Of a stretch of 55,699 bases of DNA, positions 22,312 to 31,167 are shown in pieces. Source of the DNA: Bacteroidaceae bacterium (GTDB taxonomy: Bacteria; Bacteroidota; Bacteroidia; Bacteroidales; Bacteroidaceae); assembly GCA_900765575.1 (NCBI GenBank), contig CAAFRW010000234.1, positions 1-55,699 of the forward strand, written 5' to 3'. Below the pieces are notes generated by a model. The model was not told the origin of the DNA, did not search any database, and was given only the letters and a program-made list of their open reading frames with translations. Position 1 is the stretch's first letter. Every line of letters begins with the position of its first letter. A program made the position numbers and the translations under genes.

Positions 22312-22348
22312 CTTTATTTTATCGTAATTCGAATGTTCTTTTATGGGA

Positions 22349-22356
22349 CAAAAGTA
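22349..22356 (-). promoter_or_regulatory. Bacteroidetes sigmaA -7 element (TACTTTTG)
   Basis: Matches TAnnTTTG about 40 bp upstream of the 22311 start. Confidence 0.55.
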
Positions 22357-22424
22357 GCGCAAAGTTTTGAAAATACCTATCTTTACGCCAAGTTTTAACC
22401 ATACATAAGAAATACACTAAAAGC

Positions 22425-23447
22425 ATGAGAATCGGAATCTTAACTTCAGGAGGTGATTGTCCCGGAATCAATGCCACCATCCGTGGCGTATGTAAAACTG
22501 CAATTAATCATTACGGCATGGAAGTCTATGGTATTCATAGTGGTTTCCAAGGCCTGATAGACAATGACATGGAGCCTCTTACGGAGAAATCGATGTCCGG
22601 GCTCCTTAATATGGGAGGAACTATTTTAGGTACTTCCCGCGAAAAGCCCTTCAAGAAACGGGCGGGTTCCGCTGCCGGCTCCGAAGACAAACCGGCTATG
22701 ATTGCTAAAAACGTACGCGATATGCAACTGGACTGCATTGTGTGCATTGGCGGTAACGGTACGCAAAAATCGGCATCCAAAATGGCGGCAATGGGTATCA
22801 ATGTGGTTTCCGTGCCCAAAACAATTGACAATGATGTATGGGGAACCGACCTCTCATTCGGGTTTGATACGGCAGTCAGCATTGCTACCGACGCTATCGA
22901 CCGGCTTCACTCTACAGCCAGTGCCCACAAGCGCGTCATGGTGATTGAGGTTATGGGACATAAAGCCGGATGGATTGCCTTATACAGCGGCATGGCCGGA
23001 GGCGGCGACGTGATTTTACTACCGGAACTTCCTTACAACATACACAACATAGGCAACACCATTATGAGCCGTTTGCAGAAAGGGAAACCTTACAGCATCG
23101 TGGTAGTGGGCGAAGGTATTGTTACCGACCCGGAAGGTAAAAAACGGGCAGGCGAATACATTGCCCAGGAGATAGAATATGAAACAGGGTTCGAAACACG
23201 CGAAACGGTATTGGGATATATCCAGCGCGGAGGTACACCGACTTCTTTCGACCGCAATTTAGCAACACGCATGGGCGGCCATGCCACCGAATTAATAGCC
23301 AACGGACAGTTTGGACGGATGGTTTCGCTTCAGGGAGATTCCATTACATCGGTTCCCTTGGAAGAGGTTGGAGGCAAACTAAAGCTTGTTCCGGAAGACC
23401 ATGATTTAATTGTGGAAGGACGCAAAATGGGGGTTTGTTTCGGATAA
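22425..23447 (+). CDS. pfkA: 6-phosphofructokinase, probably ATP-dependent
   Basis: TSGGDCPG, GGTILGTSR, GGNGT, PKTIDND, EVMGH, LGYIQRGG. Confidence 0.93.
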   Translation: MRIGILTSGGDCPGINATIRGVCKTAINHYGMEVYGIHSGFQGLIDNDMEPLTEKSMSGLLNMGGTILGTSREKPFKKRAGSAAGSEDKPAMIAKNVRDMQLDCIVCIGGNGTQKSASKMAAMGINVVSVPKTIDNDVWGTDLSFGFDTAVSIATDAIDRLHSTASAHKRVMVIEVMGHKAGWIALYSGMAGGGDVILLPELPYNIHNIGNTIMSRLQKGKPYSIVVVGEGIVTDPEGKKRAGEYIAQEIEYETGFETRETVLGYIQRGGTPTSFDRNLATRMGGHATELIANGQFGRMVSLQGDSITSVPLEEVGGKLKLVPEDHDLIVEGRKMGVCFG

Positions 23448-23470
23448 AGTAACCATCAAAATTTTCTGAT

Positions 23471-23773
23471 ATGCCTTCGTACAAAGAGTTCCCTTCCCTC
23501 CACGCCCGCATTTACCGGCGTGGCATTGGCTTATACAGCCTTTATGAACTGGGAAGGCAACTCTCTCGTCGGCAAATGCAACAGCTTATTCATCGCCTCA
23601 ACGAAAAAGGATTCCCCATTGAGGAGTTGGAGTTCTTTGAATATGGTCCGTCCGATTCGTTGCGCCACTTGTTTGTCAAGATGCGGGGAACAAAAGAGGC
23701 TATTCCTTATTTCCAGCTTAGCCCTGAATGTTGGCAAGCCATTGTAGAACAGATTCTCTGTACAAGTCAATAA
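23471..23773 (+). CDS. Hypothetical protein (100 aa)
   Basis: ATG 24 bp after the pfkA stop on the same strand, protein-like composition; 7-bp convergent overlap with the TIR gene. Confidence 0.6.
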   Translation: MPSYKEFPSLHARIYRRGIGLYSLYELGRQLSRRQMQQLIHRLNEKGFPIEELEFFEYGPSDSLRHLFVKMRGTKEAIPYFQLSPECWQAIVEQILCTSQ

Positions 23774-24867
23774 ACAATGTCGTCGATGTATTCAAAACCA
23801 TTTTTTGTAAGAGAATATTTTGATTCATATCTCATCCAGGAAACATAAACATTGTTTCCAACAATACGGGCTTGAGAAGGAGATATATTCGTTCCCGTAT
23901 TTAAAGTCGCAATTCTTTGCCAGCCACCATTAACCAATTTAAAAACGTTTATGGCAATGCCCCACATAAGATTATCCTCATCGGGAATTTGTGCCGCTAC
24001 AATTAATTCATCTATCTCATCACCATCTATATCACATTGACCGATAACAATAGAATGCAACATATAATATTGGTCGTTTAAACTATCACTCCCCTCAATC
24101 TTAAAATCGTAATCCAAACCACCTTTTGCATTACTTTCATCTATCGTTTTAAACCTCATCGCTGTTTGGTAATATTGAACAAATATCTGAAATTTTCTTC
24201 CGCACTCATAATAATAAGACGCCCCTCTATTGTCTTCATCTTTGCCCGGCTCATAAGCGATTCCATACTTCAAGCCTTTCAAAAAAAGATTCGCTGAATT
24301 TTGCTTGCTCACTTTATCTTCCACAGAAGCAATCTCATTTGTTGCTTGAGGCACAGGGGACGTTGTTTTAATAAAGCACAGCCCCAAAATAGCCAACACT
24401 ACCGCAAAGGCTATCCCAATAAAAAGAGTACGTTTCCGTTTCTTTATATTAGAAACCTCCAAATCCTTTCCCGCAATAAGACATTTGGTATCTGAACACA
24501 ATTTTTCAAACGACTTCTCAGGATTAGAAGTTGCGTCAATCCAATGCCTGCCTTGCAGAAATATTTCAAGTTGCCCTTTAGGTATTGCATTATCAATGCG
24601 AAATGGAAGAATAGGGATATTGTTGTCAAAAGCTATTCGAATTTCACCTTTAACCCACGGAGACAAACTTGCCGCTTCCGAAAAGACAACGACAAACACT
24701 TTTGCAGCTTTGATTGCAACAGGAATAGCCTCGGAATATTCCGTTCCCGACAAAATATCCCGCGGGGCAATCCAACACTTAACTTCTTGTTGCTCTAGTG
24801 TGTGGCATATTGCATCCGCCATTTGCTTATTCTTACTCGAATAACTAATAAATACATCGTATGCCAT
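23767..24867 (-). CDS. TIR-domain membrane protein (TIR - TM helix - extracytoplasmic domain)
   Basis: YDVFISYSS, CWIAPRDI, SPWVKGEI (conserved Glu), HWIDA; KKRKR then hydrophobic TLFIGIAFAVVLAILGLCFI; DIDGDEIDEL Ca-loop-like motif. Confidence 0.9.
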   Translation of the reverse strand: MAYDVFISYSSKNKQMADAICHTLEQQEVKCWIAPRDILSGTEYSEAIPVAIKAAKVFVVVFSEAASLSPWVKGEIRIAFDNNIPILPFRIDNAIPKGQLEIFLQGRHWIDATSNPEKSFEKLCSDTKCLIAGKDLEVSNIKKRKRTLFIGIAFAVVLAILGLCFIKTTSPVPQATNEIASVEDKVSKQNSANLFLKGLKYGIAYEPGKDEDNRGASYYYECGRKFQIFVQYYQTAMRFKTIDESNAKGGLDYDFKIEGSDSLNDQYYMLHSIVIGQCDIDGDEIDELIVAAQIPDEDNLMWGIAINVFKLVNGGWQRIATLNTGTNISPSQARIVGNNVYVSWMRYESKYSLTKNGFEYIDDIVY

Positions 24868-24981
24868 AATGTTTATTTTTAACGTGAATTCTATAGTAAA
24901 TAGAGATTATTCTTCCTCAATGATTGAAGCACTGTAAATCCATAGTGCAAACAGAAACACCATTACTTCATTAAACGGAAG

Positions 24982-24989
24982 CAAAACTA
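24982..24989 (-). promoter_or_regulatory. Candidate -7 element (TAGTTTTG) for the TIR gene
   Basis: TAnnTTTG match about 115 bp upstream of the start codon. Confidence 0.4.
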
Positions 24990-25248
24990 CTAAATTTTAT
25001 TACCTAGCAATTCATTTTTGTAACAATTTTATCCGGAAGCAGAAGATTACTCACATATATTCTTTAACAGTCCGCCACCCAACCAAGTAGTTTCTAAACA
25101 TTCGGAAACAGATAGAAAGGTATTCCAAACTTCATTACAACAATTTAAAGATATATAGGAAAATGAGGCATACCTTTTTACACGAAAATCTGTTTTCTTT
25201 GCAACGAGACTTTATAACGAATGTATTTACTTTAAACAACTCGAAAAA

Positions 25249-25512
25249 ATGAAAAAAATAGTAATGTTTGCAGCGTTCGTGGCTGCTATGGCAACGTTTT
25301 CGGTAGCTAACGCACAGGATACCAAAACAAAGAAGTGTACCAAAACCGAACAGTGCGACAAGAAATGCAAGAAAGAGACTTGTAAAAATGAGGCTTGCGC
25401 AAAAAATGAATGCAAGGATTGCCAATGCGGAAAGAAAGAGTGCAAAAAGGGAAAGGCTAAGAAGTCTGAAAAGACCAATGGCAGTACTGCAGCAACCCGG
25501 CAGGCTAAATAA
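25249..25512 (+). CDS. Small exported Cys/Lys-rich protein
   Basis: Signal peptide ending ANA|Q; 9 Cys in a Lys-rich stretch; followed by a terminator. Confidence 0.8.
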   Translation: MKKIVMFAAFVAAMATFSVANAQDTKTKKCTKTEQCDKKCKKETCKNEACAKNECKDCQCGKKECKKGKAKKSEKTNGSTAATRQAK

Positions 25513-25552
25513 CCGTTTCTTCATGTTTACATAAATACTACACACTAAGCAG

Positions 25553-25596
25553 AAGGCCATCTATCACACCAGTCCGGTGCATATAGATGGCTTTTT
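25553..25596 (+). terminator. Intrinsic terminator
   Basis: gccatctat / atagatggc stem with inner cacc/ggtg pairing, followed by TTTTT. Confidence 0.7.
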
Positions 25597-25792
25597 CAGT
25601 ATCTATTGCCATTGTTTTTACCTCTTTTTAGCTTTGAGAGCAAACAATTCTCTCCGTTCCCAATAAAGGAAACTTTTTAAGAAAACCAAAAGTTAGATTA
25701 GTTCTAGGAGCAACTAACCCACTGATTTCCAATAAGATTATCCATCTAAACGAGAAGCATTTAAAAGAAAAAAGAAAGAGTTTAGGACGATA

Positions 25793-25888
25793 CAAGGTGC
25801 TGGCAACCAATTTGCCAACACCTTGCCAACACCCTTTGCCGTAACCCATAAGCAGCTAGATGCCAACTGATTAAAAAAAAGGTGCTGG
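25793..25888. repeat. Inverted repeat plus 11-bp direct repeats (ttgccaacacc / ggtgctgg)
   Basis: caaggtgctggcaa-ccaat-ttgccaacaccttg (13/14 pairing), tandem ttgccaacacc x2, second aaggtgctgg at 25879. Confidence 0.6.
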
Positions 25889-26035
25889 AGTGCTGCCAGA
25901 AATTGAAAACATTGTATGTATAGAGGCGCTAAATATAAATAGAAAATATTACAGACTGGTTATCAATGAATTGGACATTTCTTCCGCAAAGAAACAACGA
26001 ATACTTTTTGCCGCATGCAATACCATAATGAACCG

Positions 26036-26140
26036 CATAGCACAACCTCACAACGTACATAGCGCAACCTCGCAACGTGCATAGCGCAACCTCACGACGT
26101 ACATAGCGCAACCTCACAACGTACATAGCGCAACCTCAAC
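26036..26140 (+). repeat. 22-bp tandem repeat, about 4.7 copies (catagcgcaacctcacaacgta)
   Basis: Units start at 26036, 26058, 26080, 26102 and 26124. Confidence 0.92.
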
Positions 26141-26232
26141 ACCTATACAAAACGACCTCTGCCAATTGTGCATCACACCGGAAAGACAGCCCCTTTTCAC
26201 GCTTTCGGAGATAAAAAAAACACTCCGTTTCG

Positions 26233-26340
26233 TAGCATTGCTAGTTATGCAACATAACATAGTTAGTTATTTCCATAGCATAGTTAGTTATTGTTCGCCA
26301 CATTACTAGTTATACTGCACAACATTATTAGTTATTTCCA
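26233..26340 (+). repeat. Degenerate ~22-bp tandem repeat with catNNNtagttat core, 5 copies
   Basis: tagttat at 26242, 26264, 26285, 26307 and 26329. Confidence 0.85.
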
Positions 26341-26489
26341 CCATATGAAGAGTCTTCCGTTACGTGCCACATCGTATGAAAAAAGAAAAAGAGACTGAAT
26401 GGAAGCCTCATTCAGGAGAATCCCGACTTCCAAATCTTTATATTCTTATCTAATTCAGGTTAAATGCTGTATCATTTACAAAAACATTG

Positions 26490-26497
26490 TATATTTG
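26490..26497 (+). promoter_or_regulatory. -7 element (TATATTTG) of the CHAT operon
   Basis: TAnnTTTG match about 30 bp upstream of ATG 26526. Confidence 0.6.
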
Positions 26498-26525
26498 TAA
26501 CGGAAGTTCAAAGACCGCAGAAAAT

Positions 26526-27146
26526 ATGAAAATAGTAAGTATACTCTTTCTATCCCTCTTTTTTACCTGTGGAATCCGGGCACAGGAATTATCTGAGGGA
26601 CTTAAAAAGATAAAGGATATTTGTTTGTCGGTACGCCAAGGTGTGACGCAGAAAGATAAATACACCATCATGGAAAGTATCGACGAACTGCACTCCTTGC
26701 GGTGGACTGAGTTTATACGTTTCAAAACCATAGAGCCTTCGGAAGAGAGTTCCTTAAAAGGACATCTGCAATTCACACCCGCATTTCTAGACAGTTTATT
26801 GCTCTATCAGTTCGATTTCAACCTAGTACCCTCCGACCTGCATGCCATGCGCCGTCCGGGTTCCATGGATTTCCATTATATCCACAAAGCGCTCGCTCCG
26901 CGTGCTACCGGAATTTATCAGATAAAGGGAGGCGGTGAGATGGAACTACTGGTGGTGGCCGAACAGAAAGGGCTGATTCAGGTCAGTATAGAAGACAACG
27001 TAAACAACCTCCGCCTGCACGACGGTTCCGATACGGGAAAAGAGGCTTGCGAATTGGTTTGGAAGATGGAGAAACCTGCGGAGTTCCAAATAAAGATAGA
27101 AAACAAAACAGATATGCCCATTAGTTTCATTATCGTATCTAATTGA
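26526..27146 (+). CDS. Exported hypothetical protein (206 aa), first gene of the CHAT operon
   Basis: ATG 26526, signal peptide MKIVSILFLSLFFTCGIRA|Q; helical N-half and beta-rich C-half ending SFIIVSN. Confidence 0.85.
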   Translation: MKIVSILFLSLFFTCGIRAQELSEGLKKIKDICLSVRQGVTQKDKYTIMESIDELHSLRWTEFIRFKTIEPSEESSLKGHLQFTPAFLDSLLLYQFDFNLVPSDLHAMRRPGSMDFHYIHKALAPRATGIYQIKGGGEMELLVVAEQKGLIQVSIEDNVNNLRLHDGSDTGKEACELVWKMEKPAEFQIKIENKTDMPISFIIVSN

Positions 27147-27184
27147 GCGCTGTTTTGAACAACGATACGTCTAATTAATTGTAT

Positions 27185-29752
27185 ATGAAAACAATTCATC
27201 TCTTTATAGTAGCCATACTGTGGGGTACATTCGTGCAAGCCCAAAGTCTGACTACACAATTAAAACAAGGAGATGAGTACACTTCATCGGGGGAATATAC
27301 GAAAGCCATTGTTTGCTACAAAAAGATATTGCAAACCTCCACCGTTCAACAAGGAAAGGCATTACGGACGGCAACCCTGAACAGTTTGGCGCTCTGTTAC
27401 AAACAAACCGGAGCTTACAAAGAAGCCGCGGACTGTTACCATCAGGCCTTTGAACTGACACCGCCCCGCTCCGCCGCCGCATTCCGTTTACGCCTGAACC
27501 TTTGCGAGCTCTATCTCCGCATGGGGCTCTATCAACAAGTCGTAGATTTGCTGGAAACAGAAGTCCCCATAGAAGAGTCCGACCGCATGACCAGAGCCTT
27601 GCATCTATCCGCCGCATACGGCTATCTCTTCCAATTTGAAAAAGCCATTGCCTTGCTCCAAGAAGAGATGACGCAAACTTCCGGAGAAAAAGGGAAAACG
27701 TACATCACCCTACTTGCCAACAGAGGTTATTTACAGCTAAGTTCCCGGCAATACAAAGAGGCGCAATCGGACCTGTCGCAAGCACTTTCGCTAACGGAAT
27801 CGTCTCAGGGAAAGAGCTTTGAGCAGTACACCATCATGGGAAATCTGGCTTTAGCCGAAGCGCACAACGGTGAAGCACAACAAGCCTTAGCACATATCGA
27901 CTCGTGCCTCCACTGGCAGCAGGTTCATTTAGGAGTCTCCCACCCCGACTATGCGATTACACTGCGAAAGAAAGCGGAAATCTTATTGCAACTCGGACAA
28001 ATTCCAGCTGCCACCACCCAGTTTAAACAATATGTTCAGCACGAAAAAGAATACATCCGCCGTAACTTCACCTTTATGACAGAGAAACAGCGGCAGGACT
28101 TCTGGCACAGCAAGCGGGAACTGATTGCCGAAAGCTATGCCACAGAAGGAACAGACCCTGAATTCTTATACGGAATAGCCTTGTTCGACAAGACATTGCT
28201 CTTGCAAACCAATCTGGATTTGGAAAAGCAGCTGGAACAGAACCCAACCTTAAAAACTCGTTTCCTGGAAATAAAAAGAATGCGCCAACGCCTGCAAAAC
28301 AAAGCCATGGAGACTAAAGAAAGAGATTCTTTAGAAACCTCGGCGCAACGGAAAGAAGAACAACTGATGCGCAGTCTGCCTTCCTATAAAGAGTATACAC
28401 AAAGCTTCGACAGAAGTACGGCAGCCCTCCGCAAAGCATTGAAATCGCCGGATGAGTTTGCTGTAGAGTGGATACGGTACACCAAAAAAGACACGGTCCG
28501 TTATGCGGCATTAGTGCTCCCCCAAAACGGGAAATGCTTATTCATTCCACTCTGCACCGAAAACGAATTAGCGCATTACTCACTTCCGCACGGACGTACG
28601 TTGCAAGAAGCGCTCTACTCCGAAAACCGGGAAGACAAGAATCAACTCTATACCGATTCGTGCCTGAGCCGCCTTATTTGGGAACCTTTATGCAAGCAAC
28701 TTCCCAACCGCTGCACGCTTTATTTCGCCGCCGACGGCCTGCTGCACCTGTTAGCCATCGAATACATTTGCCCTGCCACGCAATGGAAGCTTTTCAGACT
28801 AACATCCACCGGTCAATTAATCACTACCACACAGCGCCCCGCTCCGAAAGCGCAACCCCGCGCGTTACTCTTCGGCGGACTGGACTACGACAGCGAACCG
28901 GAACGAAACTATCCGGAAAAGAATGAAAAGAGTAACGAAGAGACTCTTATAAACCGTACCGCCAGCCGGGTCGTCGGCGAAACGGGCATTCGTATCGCTG
29001 CAAAGGCTTTAGCCGGAACACAAGTAGAAATAGACTCCATACGGCAAAGCCTTCAACAATCCGGCGTCACTTGCCAAGTCTATACGGGGAAAACGGGCGA
29101 TGAAGCAACCTTTAAAAAAGAAAGTTCCCGCTATACGCTGTTGCATCTTGCCACGCATGGTTTTTGTCTCGACAACCGATTGGTAGTGCGTCAACCGTTA
29201 GCTTGCCGGACAGATAGTCTCACAGAAGACCAAAGCCTGTCTTACAGTGGAATTTTGTTTTCCGGCGTCAACCAAGCCATCCGTCCCACCAAAGAAAACG
29301 AAGAAAAAGAAGACGGTATCCTGCTTGCCGGAGAAGTGGGCAGCCTCTCCCTTCCCCAAACAAAGATGGCGGTATTATCCGCTTGTCAAACCGGATTGGG
29401 GCGCATTACTTCCGACGGTGTATTCGGCATGCAGCGTGGTTTTAAGAAAGCCGGTGTAGAAACATTGATTGTCAGTCTATGGGAAGTCAGCGATAAAGCA
29501 ACGCGCCTCTTTATGAGTGCTTTTTACCGTTATCTCTCGCAAGGGCTCGCTGTGCACGATGCCTTTCTGCAAGCGCAAACCTATTTGCAAAACTATATAC
29601 CGCCCCAAGCTCCGGCAAAACGAGTCTACTCTCCCGCACAGATGCGCTACGTAACCACACAACCGGCCTCATCGGGAAAGAAGCTCTATAACAAACCGGA
29701 ATATTGGGCAGCCTTTATTTTACTGGATGGATATAAATACAAAATGAAATAG
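27185..29752 (+). CDS. Exported TPR-CHAT (caspase/HetF-like, clan CD) protease, 855 aa
   Basis: Signal peptide VQA|Q, TPR-like repeats, HLATHG (His at 29156), LSACQTG (Cys at 29384), SLWEVSD, EYWAAF. Confidence 0.93.
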   Translation: MKTIHLFIVAILWGTFVQAQSLTTQLKQGDEYTSSGEYTKAIVCYKKILQTSTVQQGKALRTATLNSLALCYKQTGAYKEAADCYHQAFELTPPRSAAAFRLRLNLCELYLRMGLYQQVVDLLETEVPIEESDRMTRALHLSAAYGYLFQFEKAIALLQEEMTQTSGEKGKTYITLLANRGYLQLSSRQYKEAQSDLSQALSLTESSQGKSFEQYTIMGNLALAEAHNGEAQQALAHIDSCLHWQQVHLGVSHPDYAITLRKKAEILLQLGQIPAATTQFKQYVQHEKEYIRRNFTFMTEKQRQDFWHSKRELIAESYATEGTDPEFLYGIALFDKTLLLQTNLDLEKQLEQNPTLKTRFLEIKRMRQRLQNKAMETKERDSLETSAQRKEEQLMRSLPSYKEYTQSFDRSTAALRKALKSPDEFAVEWIRYTKKDTVRYAALVLPQNGKCLFIPLCTENELAHYSLPHGRTLQEALYSENREDKNQLYTDSCLSRLIWEPLCKQLPNRCTLYFAADGLLHLLAIEYICPATQWKLFRLTSTGQLITTTQRPAPKAQPRALLFGGLDYDSEPERNYPEKNEKSNEETLINRTASRVVGETGIRIAAKALAGTQVEIDSIRQSLQQSGVTCQVYTGKTGDEATFKKESSRYTLLHLATHGFCLDNRLVVRQPLACRTDSLTEDQSLSYSGILFSGVNQAIRPTKENEEKEDGILLAGEVGSLSLPQTKMAVLSACQTGLGRITSDGVFGMQRGFKKAGVETLIVSLWEVSDKATRLFMSAFYRYLSQGLAVHDAFLQAQTYLQNYIPPQAPAKRVYSPAQMRYVTTQPASSGKKLYNKPEYWAAFILLDGYKYKMK

Positions 29753-29754
29753 AT

Positions 29755-31032
29755 ATGAAACACATTGCACTTCTTTGTTTAATCTGTTGCTTCATTTCGG
29801 GCAACAAAATAATGGCCCAAGAAGGAAAAGACCATTCAACCGCTCCTTCCGAATCAAAAGGAAGTTATCAGGCATTTGTCTATATGAACAGTAACCTGGA
29901 CGATAAGATTAAAGAAAAATGGGGCGACCACCGCCGAAGCCTTGCCGGAGATTCGTTTGAGGCAGCTTTACAAACATCCAAGACGCTGATTTCAGGAGGA
30001 ATTGTCAACCTAGTCGATTTAGGCGTAAACTGGGTAGGCGCTCTGATGACACAGAACAAACGGAATCATAGCGAATGGGAGAAGATTGTCAATACAGAAA
30101 ACTGTTACGAAGAAACCATTCCCATCCAAGACGGCTTCAACGATTTCTACTCCGACATCTCTTACGAAGGAGCCATGGACCCTAACGGAATGGCGTTTAA
30201 CGGAATAGGATGTCTGCGTATGGAAGGAAAGGACACCGTATTCTACTTGTCATGCCATGTGGACGAAGCCTCCATCGACCGTATCATCTGCCATTCCAAA
30301 TTCCAGCTGGTACTGGATACGCTCATCATCAATCCCTATCACTCAAACTTGCCCAACAACCGGATGCGGAAGAAAGCAGGCGCTCCGGCGTTCTCTTTCA
30401 AAGACCGCCAAAACCTAAGATTCTCTATGGATATGGTTCTCAGTTCTTCGTGGATTAATCAGGCCATCCAGTTGCATAAAGACCAGGAATTAGGTCGTTT
30501 CACACTGACTATCCCGGTAAACGAAAAGAGCCTCGACGCCAACGGAGTATTCCGCTACGTAAGAACCGACAAAATAAAATATCCGGTAATGGGTGAGAGT
30601 TTTATCGTTCCCCGCTCCTATATCGGCTTTCGCGATGGAGACGACCAATACAGAGATTGTTGGGGCACAGGAGAATACAAACTTTCCATTACTCTAAAAG
30701 AAAGCTGTTCCGCATCGCCCGAGTTCCGTGAAAACTGGAAAAAGGACTGGAAAGCGCTGAAATCACAGGAAAAGAAGAAACCGTTGCTAAACAGTGCATG
30801 GCAAAGTATTATCAGCCAGAAATGGGATGAGAATGCCAAACAATGGGTCATTACCGTATTAAAAGCGCCCGCAGGAGTGGTAACAGACGAAATGTTGGAA
30901 AAGCTGGAGTTGAAGGATAGCAGTAGTAACGCGAAAGCCGGTGCGGGCAGTGCCGGTGCAGCAGCAAGTGGCGCCAAAACTGCGGCAGGTGGTGCCGGTG
31001 CCAAAGCCGGTGCAGGAGCCGGCAAGCAATAA
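29755..31032 (+). CDS. Exported hypothetical protein (425 aa) with Ala/Gly-rich tail
   Basis: Starts 2 bp after the CHAT1 stop; signal peptide ending IMA|Q; no family recognised. Confidence 0.88.
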   Translation: MKHIALLCLICCFISGNKIMAQEGKDHSTAPSESKGSYQAFVYMNSNLDDKIKEKWGDHRRSLAGDSFEAALQTSKTLISGGIVNLVDLGVNWVGALMTQNKRNHSEWEKIVNTENCYEETIPIQDGFNDFYSDISYEGAMDPNGMAFNGIGCLRMEGKDTVFYLSCHVDEASIDRIICHSKFQLVLDTLIINPYHSNLPNNRMRKKAGAPAFSFKDRQNLRFSMDMVLSSSWINQAIQLHKDQELGRFTLTIPVNEKSLDANGVFRYVRTDKIKYPVMGESFIVPRSYIGFRDGDDQYRDCWGTGEYKLSITLKESCSASPEFRENWKKDWKALKSQEKKKPLLNSAWQSIISQKWDENAKQWVITVLKAPAGVVTDEMLEKLELKDSSSNAKAGAGSAGAAASGAKTAAGGAGAKAGAGAGKQ

Positions 31033-31167
31033 TATTCAGAACGGTATCTCTGCAAGATGCGGAACGACACGTACGAAAATGGATACTTAATTAAGAGCTA
31101 TGGCATGATAAAGCCATCTTATGAAGGCTTCTTCGTATGTTTGAACGACTAGTAAAATAAGAACAAT

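Noticed and set aside
23767..24867. Thoeris or CBASS defence system
   Set aside because: No ThsA (SIR2/SLOG/Macro), cyclase or STING partner nearby; the architecture is TIR-TM-outer domain
26036..26340. Possible CRISPR array (also considered for 43408, 48232 and 52643)
   Set aside because: Units are contiguous 21-45 bp tandem repeats without unique spacers, and no cas genes are present
29755..31032. Bacterial gasdermin
   Set aside because: It has a cleavable signal peptide, is larger than typical bacterial gasdermins, and shows no motif I can match; only a functional analogy is retained
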